Made by a program: the position numbers and the translations under genes
Notes under the pieces: model-generated
What the model was told of the DNA's origin: nothing
Databases searched by the model: none
What the model saw: the letters and a program-made list of their open reading frames with translations, nothing else
NCBI GenBank assembly: GCA_964434145.1
Contig: CAYSUG010000001.1
Span: 22,933-86,932 of the forward strand
Origin: an uncultured Christensenella sp.
GTDB taxonomy: Bacteria; Bacillota; Clostridia; Christensenellales; UBA1242
Direction of reading: 5' to 3'
Length of the DNA: 64,000 nucleotides
Shown: positions 37,963-47,838 of the stretch, one piece after another
How the letters are laid out: the number at the start of each line of letters is the position of its first letter
Position numbering within the stretch: position 1 is the first letter of the stretch

Positions 37963-39867
37963 CTATGTTATAAGCACGACAACCGCCCTATTATACAGCA
38001 TATGTTTAGGATTAGGAGTCTGCGATAGGACAATATCACCAGAGCCAGCTATCTGGTATTGTAAATCCAATTCTATCAGTATGGCAATAGCTTGGCTTAA
38101 TGGCAAACCTACCATATTAGGCAGTTCTATATCCGCCTCCATTCTTTTCAATTCTGCCTCTACGTCTGCACTAGGCTGGGCGTTAGTTATCTCTATTATG
38201 TCTTCGAACACCAACTTAGCATAAGGCGTGGCAACGACACTACCATAGTAGCTATCGCCGCTAGGCTCGTCTGCCAGTATTAACACAACATACTCTGGAT
38301 CATCTGCAGGGAATCCGCCTACGAAGCTAGCGATATACTCCCCGCTGATGCCATTCTCATCATATTTCTGCGTAGTACCTGTCTTGCCACCGACTCTATA
38401 TCCAGGGATAAATGTACCAATGCCAGTATATTGCTTGACCACCGCCTCGAACATAACCTTGATCTTCTCGCTAGTATCCTCTGATACTGTCTTGTTCAGT
38501 ACGATTGGTTCTGTCTCCTTAATATTCCTACCGTCTTCTGTCGTTATACTTTTTAGAAAATATGGCTGCATCAGATTACCACCATTTAGCACGCTACATA
38601 TAGCAGTAATTAGCTGCAGAGGCGAGACCGCTATTGCTTGGCCAAATCCCATTCTGGCCAGATCCACCGTCTTGACATTGTCCTTATTCATAATAATGCC
38701 ACTAGCCTCGCCAAAGAAGTCTACGCCCAGAGTGTCGCCAAGGCCATATTTCTCGAAATATTTATAGAACTGATCCAGTCCCAATCTAAGTGCTAGGTCT
38801 GTAAATACAGCATTGCAGCTATTGCATAGCCCCTCGGTCAGAGTCTGACTGCCATGCCCAGTATGTTTCCAGCATTTGATCTTCTCGCCGTCTATAATAA
38901 CATAGCCTGGGTCATAGAAGGTATCAGACAGATCCGCCTTGCCCGCATCCAATGCTGCCGCCATTGTTAATACCTTGAATGTCGAGCCAGGCTCGTACAC
39001 ATCCACAATACTAACATTCTTCATAGCACTAAGAAGGCTAACCATATCGTCTCTATTAGGATTATTCAGGTCATAACTAGGCTTAGTACTCATAGCCAGT
39101 ATCTCGCCAGTATTAGGGTCCATTACTATACCAGTGGCAGTCTTTGGCTTCTGTTCTAACATCAGAGTCTCTAGTGCATTCTCCAGCGATGTTTGAATCT
39201 TAGCATCCAATGTTAACTGCAGATTAAGACCACTGACACTATCTGTATATGTATAGATGTAATCCTCTACCTCCACACCCTTAACATCGCTGACTATATT
39301 GTAGCTACCGTCCACCCCTACCAGATATTCGTCATAATACATTTCCAGCCCAGCTTGGCCGATATTGTCTATATTCGTGATGCCGATGACCTGACTAGCA
39401 AGGTCACCATAAGGATAATATCTAGTAGAATTCTCACTATAATATATGCCAGCAATATTGTATGCATTGATCCTGTTAACAGCCTCTATATCTACTTGCT
39501 TTTTGATCAAAACCTCACTGACTTTTTTGTTATATATCTTATCAAAAATAGTATCATAATCTATGCCTAGCGACTCTGATAAGGCAATTGCCACCTCCTC
39601 GAAGCGATCTACCATACTAGGTCTAACATATACATCGTATGAAGAATAACTAGTAGCCAGATTGACACCATTTCTATCTTGGATATTACCGCGTCGTGCC
39701 TCTATGGGCAGAGACCTTGTCCATTGATTAAGTGCCATATTATTAAGCCAACCACTCTTGATTAGCTGCAAGTATGCCAGCCTAATTGCTATTAAGATAA
39801 AAATAAAAGTTACTAGCAGAAAAATTCCTAGTAACTTCTTTCGTAATTGTTGTCTTGTATTATTCAA
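37963..39867 (-). CDS. class B penicillin-binding protein (FtsI/SpoVD-type) with a C-terminal PASTA domain
   Basis: STFK, SCN and KTGT motifs are present. It has an N-terminal TM and a PBP dimerisation region, and sits in the dcw cluster. Confidence 0.85.
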   Translation of the reverse strand: MNNTRQQLRKKLLGIFLLVTFIFILIAIRLAYLQLIKSGWLNNMALNQWTRSLPIEARRGNIQDRNGVNLATSYSSYDVYVRPSMVDRFEEVAIALSESLGIDYDTIFDKIYNKKVSEVLIKKQVDIEAVNRINAYNIAGIYYSENSTRYYPYGDLASQVIGITNIDNIGQAGLEMYYDEYLVGVDGSYNIVSDVKGVEVEDYIYTYTDSVSGLNLQLTLDAKIQTSLENALETLMLEQKPKTATGIVMDPNTGEILAMSTKPSYDLNNPNRDDMVSLLSAMKNVSIVDVYEPGSTFKVLTMAAALDAGKADLSDTFYDPGYVIIDGEKIKCWKHTGHGSQTLTEGLCNSCNAVFTDLALRLGLDQFYKYFEKYGLGDTLGVDFFGEASGIIMNKDNVKTVDLARMGFGQAIAVSPLQLITAICSVLNGGNLMQPYFLKSITTEDGRNIKETEPIVLNKTVSEDTSEKIKVMFEAVVKQYTGIGTFIPGYRVGGKTGTTQKYDENGISGEYIASFVGGFPADDPEYVVLILADEPSGDSYYGSVVATPYAKLVFEDIIEITNAQPSADVEAELKRMEADIELPNMVGLPLSQAIAILIELDLQYQIAGSGDIVLSQTPNPKHMLYNRAVVVLIT

Positions 39868-39870
39868 TTA

Positions 39871-40458
39871 TTATCCCCCAAATACTGAAGAAATAAAATT
39901 GCAAATAGAGTCAAACCAGTTCGTCGAACCCTCCAGCTCTACTACTGGAGTCTCTGCAGAGATATCAACTTGAATCATGTCGTCAGCCGACATCTCATAA
40001 TAACCCATATTATTTAACTCTGCATCAATGCCGGACATATCATTCATATTGTCCACTTCATTCTGCAATGAATTGAATATGCTGGTCTCTGTTGCAATGT
40101 TATTCTCTAATAATTGTATGTTGGATGACATTGCATTTATTCTAACAATATTAAAAATTGCTAAGAATAGTAGCAGTGCTGTCACAGTTATAGCAAAGCC
40201 CATATATAGTTTGGTCCTAAAAGATAATTTTTCCTCTGTAAGCACATTATCTTCTGTGATCGTGACAGATTTTAGAATCTCCTCATCTACAGTGATACTA
40301 TCGAATTCTTTTGTTAACTCTTTTATCTTCTCGTCGCTATAGTTATTGTCAAACTTCTCAATCTGGTCATTCAGAGGGTTATCAAAAGATCTGGTATCAA
40401 CGGACTGTGATATCATGTTTTCTTTTTCTAACGTCTTAATTGTTTGAAATGTTTCCAT
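39871..40458 (-). CDS. FtsL-like cell division protein
   Basis: Located between rsmH and the PBP gene. It has a single TM (LYMGFAITVTALLLFLAIFNIV) followed by a coiled coil. Start assigned at METFQT after an AAAGGAG RBS. Confidence 0.45.
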   Translation of the reverse strand: METFQTIKTLEKENMISQSVDTRSFDNPLNDQIEKFDNNYSDEKIKELTKEFDSITVDEEILKSVTITEDNVLTEEKLSFRTKLYMGFAITVTALLLFLAIFNIVRINAMSSNIQLLENNIATETSIFNSLQNEVDNMNDMSGIDAELNNMGYYEMSADDMIQVDISAETPVVELEGSTNWFDSICNFISSVFGG

Positions 40459-40472
40459 AACCTTCGCTCCTT

Positions 40473-41405
40473 TTATCTTATTTTTTCCGCTATCCTTAGC
40501 TTGGCACAAGTACTTCTAGTATTTTCTTTTCTCTCCGTATCGCTTGCTACCAACGGTTTCTTTGTAACAATATCTATATCTTTTTTGTGGCCACAGATAC
40601 ATACTGGGATAGATTTGTCACATATGCAATCAGTGCTACGTTCCTTAAATACATTCTTAACAACCCTATCTTCTAAGGAATGGAATGTAATTATTGCTAT
40701 CCTGCCGCCAATATTTAACCTATCTATCATAGAATTGATGGCTTTGTCCAATCTATCTAGCTCGCCATTAACCTCTATCCTTATCGCCTGAAATGTCTTG
40801 GTGCAAGGATTAGAGCCTTTTTTCTTATAAACAACCTTTTCTATAATAGATACTAGCTCGCCAGTAGTTTCAATTGGCTTCAATTTTCTAGCACCCACTA
40901 TCTCTCTGGCAATCTTTCTGGCAAACGGCTCCTCTCCATAACGAAATATTATATTACTGAGTTCCGCCTCGCTGTACGTATTTACTACATCATATGCACT
41001 GAAATTAGAGTCTCTGTCCATACGCATATCCAGTGGCGCATCAAATCTGTAAGAAAATCCTCTGCCTGCTGTATCCAATTGGTGACTACTAACACCTAGG
41101 TCCAACAGGATTCCGTCCACCTTCTCAATATTTAACTCATCAAATATCTCTACGATATTCTTAAAATCATTCTTGACCAAAGTTAAGTTAGGATTATCAC
41201 CAAAGTTCTCTTTTGCATTAATAATCGCAGTGGTGTCTTTATCTATTCCAATGAGCCTACCTGTGGAGAGTCTTTCCAATATCTTAGCAGAATGTCCACC
41301 ACCACCAAATGTTCCGTCTACATAGACACCATTTGGCTTGATATTCAGTCCCTCGATACACTCATTCAGCATGATAGGTGTGTGATTAAATATGATCTTT
41401 TCCAT
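40473..41405 (-). CDS. rsmH: 16S rRNA (cytosine1402-N4)-methyltransferase
   Basis: HTPIML.E, DGTFGGGGHS and DLGVSS motifs are present. Confidence 0.9.
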   Translation of the reverse strand: MEKIIFNHTPIMLNECIEGLNIKPNGVYVDGTFGGGGHSAKILERLSTGRLIGIDKDTTAIINAKENFGDNPNLTLVKNDFKNIVEIFDELNIEKVDGILLDLGVSSHQLDTAGRGFSYRFDAPLDMRMDRDSNFSAYDVVNTYSEAELSNIIFRYGEEPFARKIAREIVGARKLKPIETTGELVSIIEKVVYKKKGSNPCTKTFQAIRIEVNGELDRLDKAINSMIDRLNIGGRIAIITFHSLEDRVVKNVFKERSTDCICDKSIPVCICGHKKDIDIVTKKPLVASDTERKENTRSTCAKLRIAEKIR

Positions 41406-41417
41406 GTTTTTCCATTC

Positions 41418-41846
41418 TTAGACATTATATTTGACAAGTTCGCCTAATACTTCGTCAAATGTTTTGTCACCAGATTGATACTTTGACCAATTCTCTGCAC
41501 TCCATAACTCTAGCCTATGCCCCACACCTACAAAAACAATGTCCTTCGTTATGTTAGCAAATTCTCTAAGATTAGCAGGTATCACAAATCTACCCTGTTT
41601 GTCCTCTTCTACCTCGTACGATGAACTTAGCAATGCCCTAATAGGTCTCTGTGCCTCTACATCGAATGTAGGTACACTGTTCAATTTGTCAAGAAATTGT
41701 GTCTCGAAATAATCTTTGCTAAAGATAAACAACGCATTATTTAAACCCTTGGTTATCACATAGCCAGCAAGGCCATTTCTAATCTTGCTAGGAATTCTGG
41801 CACGATTCTTCTCGTCTAACTGATAGCTATACTGACCATAGAACAT
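41418..41846 (-). CDS. mraZ: transcriptional regulator MraZ
   Basis: MFYGQYSYQLDEKNRARIPSKIR, with two SpoVT/AbrB-like halves. Confidence 0.9.
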   Translation of the reverse strand: MFYGQYSYQLDEKNRARIPSKIRNGLAGYVITKGLNNALFIFSKDYFETQFLDKLNSVPTFDVEAQRPIRALLSSSYEVEEDKQGRFVIPANLREFANITKDIVFVGVGHRLELWSAENWSKYQSGDKTFDEVLGELVKYNV

Positions 41847-41893
41847 TGACTCTTCTCCTTTCTAATCTTCAGCATTAGTATACACCAAAAAGC

Positions 41894-41919
41894 AACCACT
41901 TCCAACCATTTTTAACCAC
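41894..41919 (-). promoter_or_regulatory. three MraZ-box direct repeats
   Basis: The minus strand reads GTGGTT-aaaa-ATGGTT-ggaa-GTGGTT with exact 10-nt periodicity, 48-73 nt upstream of mraZ. Confidence 0.6.
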
Positions 41920-41957
41920 TTTTCGTATTCCGCATTTTTTATAAAAAACAATAAAAT

Positions 41958-41984
41958 AAGAAAAACCCCTAAATATAGGGGTTA
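41958..41984 (-). terminator. Rho-independent terminator
   Basis: AACCCCTATATTTAGGGGTT plus a T-run on the minus strand. Confidence 0.75.
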
Positions 41985-42009
41985 ATTAAAAAATTGAGAA
42001 TTGTAGCCA

Positions 42010-42717
42010 CTAACAAATTTTTACTAATTTATGGTCTATTTGGTCGCAAGAGGTTAAATAATACTGGATTTTGTGCCTAACAAACTTCAACTTGTGCCTA
42101 TGGTCAGATGTATGCAAATGCCCATATACAACTTTGTTTACTGAATATTTCTCAAACAATTCTGTCATAGCATTAGTCTGGAACTTCGCATTATATGGAG
42201 GATAATGCGTCATAACAATGACGGTATCACCATTCTCTCGCAAATCATTTGCCATCTTCAACGACAACTCCATTCTAATAACTTCTCTCTTATACAATTT
42301 CTCATCTTCTTCGGTCTTAAACTTTCCATCATCCGGCACAACCCAGCCACGACTGCCACATATTATATATTTTCCAATCTTGATGGCATCGTTCTGCACG
42401 GCATAAAAATGGTCTGGCAGAATGCTACGCAATGCAGATACACTATGCCACCAGTAGTCATGATTTCCCTTGATTATGACCTTGTTCCCTTTGAGCTGAG
42501 ATATGAAGTCTATATCTAGCTGGGCATCCCTCAAATTCATTGCCCAAGATATATCGCCAGCAATAAGGACAATATCGTCGTCTTTTACTTTTCTATTCCA
42601 ACTTTTCACTATTCGCTCTACATAGTTATCCCAGTTCTCACCAAAAATATCCATTGGCTTCGGACTATTGATACTAAGATGTAAGTCACTGATAGCATAC
42701 ACTCTCACCTGTTCCAT
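42010..42717 (-). CDS. metallophosphoesterase (calcineurin-like)
   Basis: Motifs SDLHL, GDISW, GNHDYWW and GHLH are present. Start assigned at MEQVRVYAI. Confidence 0.75.
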   Translation of the reverse strand: MEQVRVYAISDLHLSINSPKPMDIFGENWDNYVERIVKSWNRKVKDDDIVLIAGDISWAMNLRDAQLDIDFISQLKGNKVIIKGNHDYWWHSVSALRSILPDHFYAVQNDAIKIGKYIICGSRGWVVPDDGKFKTEEDEKLYKREVIRMELSLKMANDLRENGDTVIVMTHYPPYNAKFQTNAMTELFEKYSVNKVVYGHLHTSDHRHKLKFVRHKIQYYLTSCDQIDHKLVKIC

Positions 42718-42883
42718 ACCTCCCCTCAAATAATCTATTATAGGATAACAGAAATTAGTAGAAAAATCAAATATAAAATAGTATCAAAATTTCATGCAAA
42801 TTGAACTACTTTAGCTACTAACAGTATAAATCATTGTATAAAAAAAAGAACGCTATACATAATCATCTAGCGTTCTATCAGTT

Positions 42884-43552
42884 CTATTGACCGTTACTAC
42901 TATTAGGACATACACTCTGTTGTGCTGGGAATAATGGCAAATCGAAGAATCCCGTACATACATCTTGGGTGAACTCTTGGCATGGCGGAATCTGTGCGTA
43001 ACCATATGTAGGGATAAGGATATCTGCATCTACTACTACTTTTAAAATAATAGTCACACATAGTGTTACAGTCAGCTCTCCTTCCGAGTCAAATGAGCCT
43101 GTAGAGCAAATGGCTGAACCAAACGCCTCTATCTGATATGGCACTATCGATGGCTGAGGAACATATAGCACTACGTCGTTGGATACAGTAAATGTAGCTG
43201 TAGCTGTGCCTGGCGTGCCATTAGCATCTGTATATGTAACTGTAATAGGAATAGTAACGTCTGCACTGACTCTGGCAAAGCAAGGTCTATCATCAAACCT
43301 ATCTACTGTAACATTACTGACAGTAGTATCCAATCCACTGCTCTGACATCCTGTAAATGTAAGTGGGAATACTGGATCTGCAGGAGTAAAATCTGTAACA
43401 GTTAATACCTCATCATTTAGTTGAATCTGTTTCATACAAGCATCGAAGACTTTTCTAGTCTGAATAACAGCCTTTTCGCACAATCCATTCAATGGATTCC
43501 CAACAATTGGTCCTGGAAAATTACCTTGTCTATTTCCTGAATAAAATGACAT
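42884..43552 (-). CDS. hypothetical Thr/Val/Cys-rich beta-type protein (possible spore-surface or structural protein)
   Basis: 222 aa from MSFYSG after an AAGGAGGT RBS, with 10 Cys. It contains a CEKAVIQTRKVFDAC segment and long alternating beta-like stretches (VTIPITVTYTDANGTPGTATATFTV). No TM or signal peptide. Confidence 0.5.
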   Translation of the reverse strand: MSFYSGNRQGNFPGPIVGNPLNGLCEKAVIQTRKVFDACMKQIQLNDEVLTVTDFTPADPVFPLTFTGCQSSGLDTTVSNVTVDRFDDRPCFARVSADVTIPITVTYTDANGTPGTATATFTVSNDVVLYVPQPSIVPYQIEAFGSAICSTGSFDSEGELTVTLCVTIILKVVVDADILIPTYGYAQIPPCQEFTQDVCTGFFDLPLFPAQQSVCPNSSNGQ

Positions 43553-43633
43553 AAAAAATTTCAAACCTCCTTTTGTTACTAATATGTATGACAAAAAGAA
43601 TGTTTTGGTGACGATTGGTTAAAAAAAAGAAAG

Positions 43634-44806
43634 TCATTTTTGTGGACTTTCTTCTCCTATCAAGTTTTCGTTGATACTAAAACTTTCGAATATATCGCCG
43701 ATATCCGATGTTTCTTTATCAAAAGAACTTATATATTTATCTATTTTTTCGTTTTCTATCTCTAACATAGATTGCATATATTCTTCACCAAAATGTCTAT
43801 ACATCACAGATCTCCAGAGTTGAACAATAGCTTCATTACATTTGTTATAGCAATTCTCATATCCAGACTTATTTATCACTAAGGTATAATCATCAAACCT
43901 ATATTCATTTTTTAAAACTTCATCATTTTTCTTGGGATACCTTAATTCAAACTGACCATTGATATATAAGGATTTTGGCATTCTTGCTTGATACTCTTCC
44001 ACCGCCGTTAATTCACCTCTATCAGCATTTATCTTTCTTCTAATCAAGATCGTCCTTTGGCAATGATCCTTCTTATCATCTGGAATATTTTCATTCTTCA
44101 GACATTGGAAATTAGTAACGTTAATAATGTTGTTGAACCGTGAATCATTCAAAGCAAAAAAATCTTCCACAATTGAGATATCTCCACTAGCAACATATGT
44201 ATCCTCAGTTTTATGCTTGTTATAAAAACTTCCAGCCGCATAATCTGTCATAGCATTAACACATGCTTTTATTTTTGCCTTTTCTTTTGCAATGTAATAA
44301 TCTCTATATATTTTTCTAGTATTGAACAAATCCTTCCTATAATCTTCTCCAAAATTGTTATACATATATCCTATCCACAGTGTATCTGTATTATCCCACA
44401 GACAGAAACCAAAATACATAGGTCTATTAATTGAAAAATCAGAAATCATATAACGATTACTATTCATATCCTCGTAATCCATGTAAAAGCCAACAAGATC
44501 AGATCCTTCTCTTCTTAATGGTATAGCGGCTTGTTCATGAGTAGTTATCTCTGGCAATTGATATTGCCATCCTCTTTTAATGTTTCTATCTATCCAATAG
44601 AAATCTCGCTTCTTATATATCAAACCGCTGTCAACTGATATAAAATTGCTGTCTTCATTAGGAAAAACTTCTATACTATCAGAACATAAAATTTCGTGTT
44701 TTTTTCTTAAAAAATCTATTATTCTATCATCAGATAGTTGTGCTACATATTTATTGTCATAGAAATCTATTAATTCCAAATCTTTATCCAAATCAAGAGT
44801 TTTCAT
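43634..44806 (-). CDS. hypothetical protein (390 aa, no recognisable domain)
   Basis: Has its own TTGACA-16-TATACT promoter and a GAGGTGA RBS. Aromatic-rich and soluble. Confidence 0.6.
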   Translation of the reverse strand: MKTLDLDKDLELIDFYDNKYVAQLSDDRIIDFLRKKHEILCSDSIEVFPNEDSNFISVDSGLIYKKRDFYWIDRNIKRGWQYQLPEITTHEQAAIPLRREGSDLVGFYMDYEDMNSNRYMISDFSINRPMYFGFCLWDNTDTLWIGYMYNNFGEDYRKDLFNTRKIYRDYYIAKEKAKIKACVNAMTDYAAGSFYNKHKTEDTYVASGDISIVEDFFALNDSRFNNIINVTNFQCLKNENIPDDKKDHCQRTILIRRKINADRGELTAVEEYQARMPKSLYINGQFELRYPKKNDEVLKNEYRFDDYTLVINKSGYENCYNKCNEAIVQLWRSVMYRHFGEEYMQSMLEIENEKIDKYISSFDKETSDIGDIFESFSINENLIGEESPQK

Positions 44807-44945
44807 AAAAATCACCTCATGTATCACGAGTATATCAAAAAAATGTCAATTGTCAAGATTAGATTTTAAAAAAAGACACACAATTAGGGTGCACCTTATA
44901 ATTGATATATAACATTAACGATATCGATCGAGTCATATATCTATT

Positions 44946-45209
44946 CTAGTCTAGCTGATTAAATTCGTTAATTACGAACAATTCATTGATATCTATACAC
45001 AGAATTTTTGCTATGACAAATATTTCTTTGTCTGTCGCAATCCTGACCTGCCCTTCTAGTTTGGAATAACTTGTAGGATTTATATCAATTCCCACTAATT
45101 GCATTTTTGCAATAAAGTCTTTTTGTTTAATATTTCGTTCTTTTCTAAGCCTCTCAATATTGGCACCTACAATATTTTCTTTACCATATGGATGTTTTCT
45201 TGTCTTCAT
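44946..45209 (-). CDS. XRE-family helix-turn-helix transcriptional regulator
   Basis: The segment IERLRKERNIKQKDFIAKMQLVGIDINPTSYSKLEG is an HTH_3 pattern. Confidence 0.8.
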   Translation of the reverse strand: MKTRKHPYGKENIVGANIERLRKERNIKQKDFIAKMQLVGIDINPTSYSKLEGQVRIATDKEIFVIAKILCIDINELFVINEFNQLD

Positions 45210-45309
45210 TTTTTAATTCCCCAAAAGAATTTTAATATAAAAAATGATTGACATAATTCCGTAAAAGAATTATACTATAGTTAGTAAAAATTTTTGGAGG
45301 AACATAAAA

Positions 45310-46122
45310 ATGAAAAACAAATGGAAAAAATTATTGGCTATTGGATGCTTAGGATTGGCAGGTACTGGAATGCTAACTGGCTGTTCGATGTCAGCTGACC
45401 AACAAGCCGCCCTAGATCTAGTTACAGAAAAGACCGATGATATAATAGAGTTACTAGAAGATAATATGAATTATACTAGAAACACCCTTAGCAAAGAAGA
45501 AGCTGCTGAAAAAATACTACTTGGTAGAAATTATTGGGCTTTGGGATCTTTTGATCAATTAGAATTTGCTACGACCGAAATTGACTACAATGGATGGTTT
45601 GATAAAGTGGTACAAACATTCCCTAAACAAACGATATTGTATAAAAAATCAAATAACTCAAAATTCATATCTACAATACGCGACAATACAGTTGAAGAAA
45701 TTAGAGCTTCCAATTTTACAACAAATAAAAATTATCAATACACTGATGGCAATTCTATTGCTTATGACACTACATATAATTCCAGCGATTTTATAATAAC
45801 CAACATAGACTTATTAACACACTTTAACCTAGAGATCATAACAGCCGATGATATTGTAGATATTGTAAGACTTAACAAAGGATATAGATTCAAAATAATA
45901 ACAAAAACCACAACATCAACCTCTTCACTTCACATAGAAATCACACTAGAAGTGCTAGATACGGGTTATATAACTTCAATTGAAGCAAAAGGACGACTAG
46001 AAATTGATAACAATGGTACAAAGGAATACAATTCAGCTATAGCTTCAGCCACCTATAAATACGACAACATTGATTTCTCTATTGTCGAAAACAAATTATC
46101 GGAATTAAATATTCAATTATAA
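45310..46122 (+). CDS. hypothetical lipoprotein
   Basis: Signal peptide with lipobox LTGC (MKNKWKKLLAIGCLGLAGTGMLTGCS). GGAGG RBS. Confidence 0.7.
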   Translation: MKNKWKKLLAIGCLGLAGTGMLTGCSMSADQQAALDLVTEKTDDIIELLEDNMNYTRNTLSKEEAAEKILLGRNYWALGSFDQLEFATTEIDYNGWFDKVVQTFPKQTILYKKSNNSKFISTIRDNTVEEIRASNFTTNKNYQYTDGNSIAYDTTYNSSDFIITNIDLLTHFNLEIITADDIVDIVRLNKGYRFKIITKTTTSTSSLHIEITLEVLDTGYITSIEAKGRLEIDNNGTKEYNSAIASATYKYDNIDFSIVENKLSELNIQL

Positions 46123-46265
46123 TATAGAAGAGAACAAATGTCCTCTGTACAGACAACAAAAAGACGCATTGAGTACAATTTCTTAATGTGTCTTTTTGTC
46201 CACTAAACCATTTTTGATCTACGGGGTAAAAAACAATGAATTAAACAAAAATTAAGCTCCCAGAA

Positions 46266-47084
46266 CTAAGTAAGTAGTACCTTGCCATCTAGATTACAGA
46301 TATAAGAATTTGGTAGCATCTCTTTGATATGCTTTAGTATTTTGCTATTTTTTTCAAACTTTCTTCCGACAAGGACTCCTTCTATCATACAAGCTGGAAT
46401 TCCAAATAAGACATATGCTGTTCTTTTAAAAAAACCCAAGTGCCTATTATTTTTTAATTCCTCTTTCTTCTTTTCGTCCTTCATACTAAAAAAACTAAGC
46501 AATGTGTCCCAAGATATTGTCTGATCGTTTAGTACATCATTGGCAAGCAATGGCTTGGTTAATCTATCTCTACCATTGATAATGAACGCTAACTGATTCT
46601 TGTCCCTTGCCAAACTAGGCATAAATCTGATCTCCATAGAGCTCTCTGCTTGCCAAAGAAAATGTGGAAAATATCGCATTTTTTCAACAAAGGCATCCAA
46701 TCCACGATATGGCACAAGGAAATGCTCACCTTCTACATCTACTTCCATTCCGCTATACAGAGTGATATAATCTCTCAAAGTAGTTGCCTTGTGTATCCGC
46801 CATAACGATACGCAATATCTAGCCATGTGCTTGCTTACACCAAACTCGAAATCCTTATTAATTAATCCGCCTTTGGCAAATAAATCCAACAACTTGATCT
46901 CACTGCCAAATCCGTGAAGATATGTATCTTTGGGCAATTTCACCACATCGCCAATTTTGTACTTAGGATGTTTGATTGTTTGGGAAGATAAATTGTAAAA
47001 ATGCTCAATTTGCTCTAGCATTATCCTCTTAGCATCGCCCTTCAGCACATCGTTGACAACGTCTATATATTGTTCTTTTTCCAT
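46266..47084 (-). CDS. hypothetical protein (272 aa)
   Basis: Uninterrupted ORF. No family recognised. Confidence 0.55.
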   Translation of the reverse strand: MEKEQYIDVVNDVLKGDAKRIMLEQIEHFYNLSSQTIKHPKYKIGDVVKLPKDTYLHGFGSEIKLLDLFAKGGLINKDFEFGVSKHMARYCVSLWRIHKATTLRDYITLYSGMEVDVEGEHFLVPYRGLDAFVEKMRYFPHFLWQAESSMEIRFMPSLARDKNQLAFIINGRDRLTKPLLANDVLNDQTISWDTLLSFFSMKDEKKKEELKNNRHLGFFKRTAYVLFGIPACMIEGVLVGRKFEKNSKILKHIKEMLPNSYICNLDGKVLLT

Positions 47085-47235
47085 TCTCTATATACCTCAC
47101 TAATCTTTTGTTCTTTTCTACTACACAAGACCTACTTGCGAATTTAGGTCTTTGCTACGCTTGGCACTAAGCAGTGCTATATCCATAAAGTATTCATTCC
47201 AACTAATATAATCTGTTCTCTTTGACATTCTTTTA

Positions 47236-47838
47236 TCACCTTTTTAACTCAAACATTTTATCATGTAGTACTTTCTTGCCAGCTTCTATCACTTCGTCTG
47301 TTATCTTTTCTCCTTTGGTATATCCAATCTCTGCAGCTAGATCAAATTCTTGTCCAATTATATATTTCCCCACCAAGAACGGAGTGGTCTTGTCCAAAAA
47401 CATTGATGGAACAATTGGTGCTCCCGTCTTAAGTGCAAATATTATAACGCCATTCTTCAGTTCATTGGTATCTGCTGTCTTCAGTCTAGTTCCCTCAGGA
47501 AATATGCACACAGCGTTCTCTTCCTTCAGATACCCCAGTGTCTTCTTGATCGCCTTGATATCCGTTGTACCTCTATCTACTGGATATGCACCAATAGAGC
47601 TAAATATAAATGCAGCAAATTTGTTCTTGAACAGACTCGCCTTCGCCATATATTTGAATCTTCGCCTAAATATCCTATGCCACATGATTATTGGATCCGA
47701 ATTGGTCTGGTGATTGCTAACCAAAATAACACGGCCTTTGCGTCTAATATTCTTTCTACCAACAATTTTGATAGGATACATTATGCGAAGAGGAATGTAC
47801 AGTAGCACTAGCAGTAAGAAGCTTACAATCCTCTTCAT
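47236..47838 (-). CDS. plsC: 1-acyl-sn-glycerol-3-phosphate acyltransferase
   Basis: NHQTNSD (HX4D) and FPEGTR motifs are present. Confidence 0.85.
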   Translation of the reverse strand: MKRIVSFLLLVLLYIPLRIMYPIKIVGRKNIRRKGRVILVSNHQTNSDPIIMWHRIFRRRFKYMAKASLFKNKFAAFIFSSIGAYPVDRGTTDIKAIKKTLGYLKEENAVCIFPEGTRLKTADTNELKNGVIIFALKTGAPIVPSMFLDKTTPFLVGKYIIGQEFDLAAEIGYTKGEKITDEVIEAGKKVLHDKMFELKR

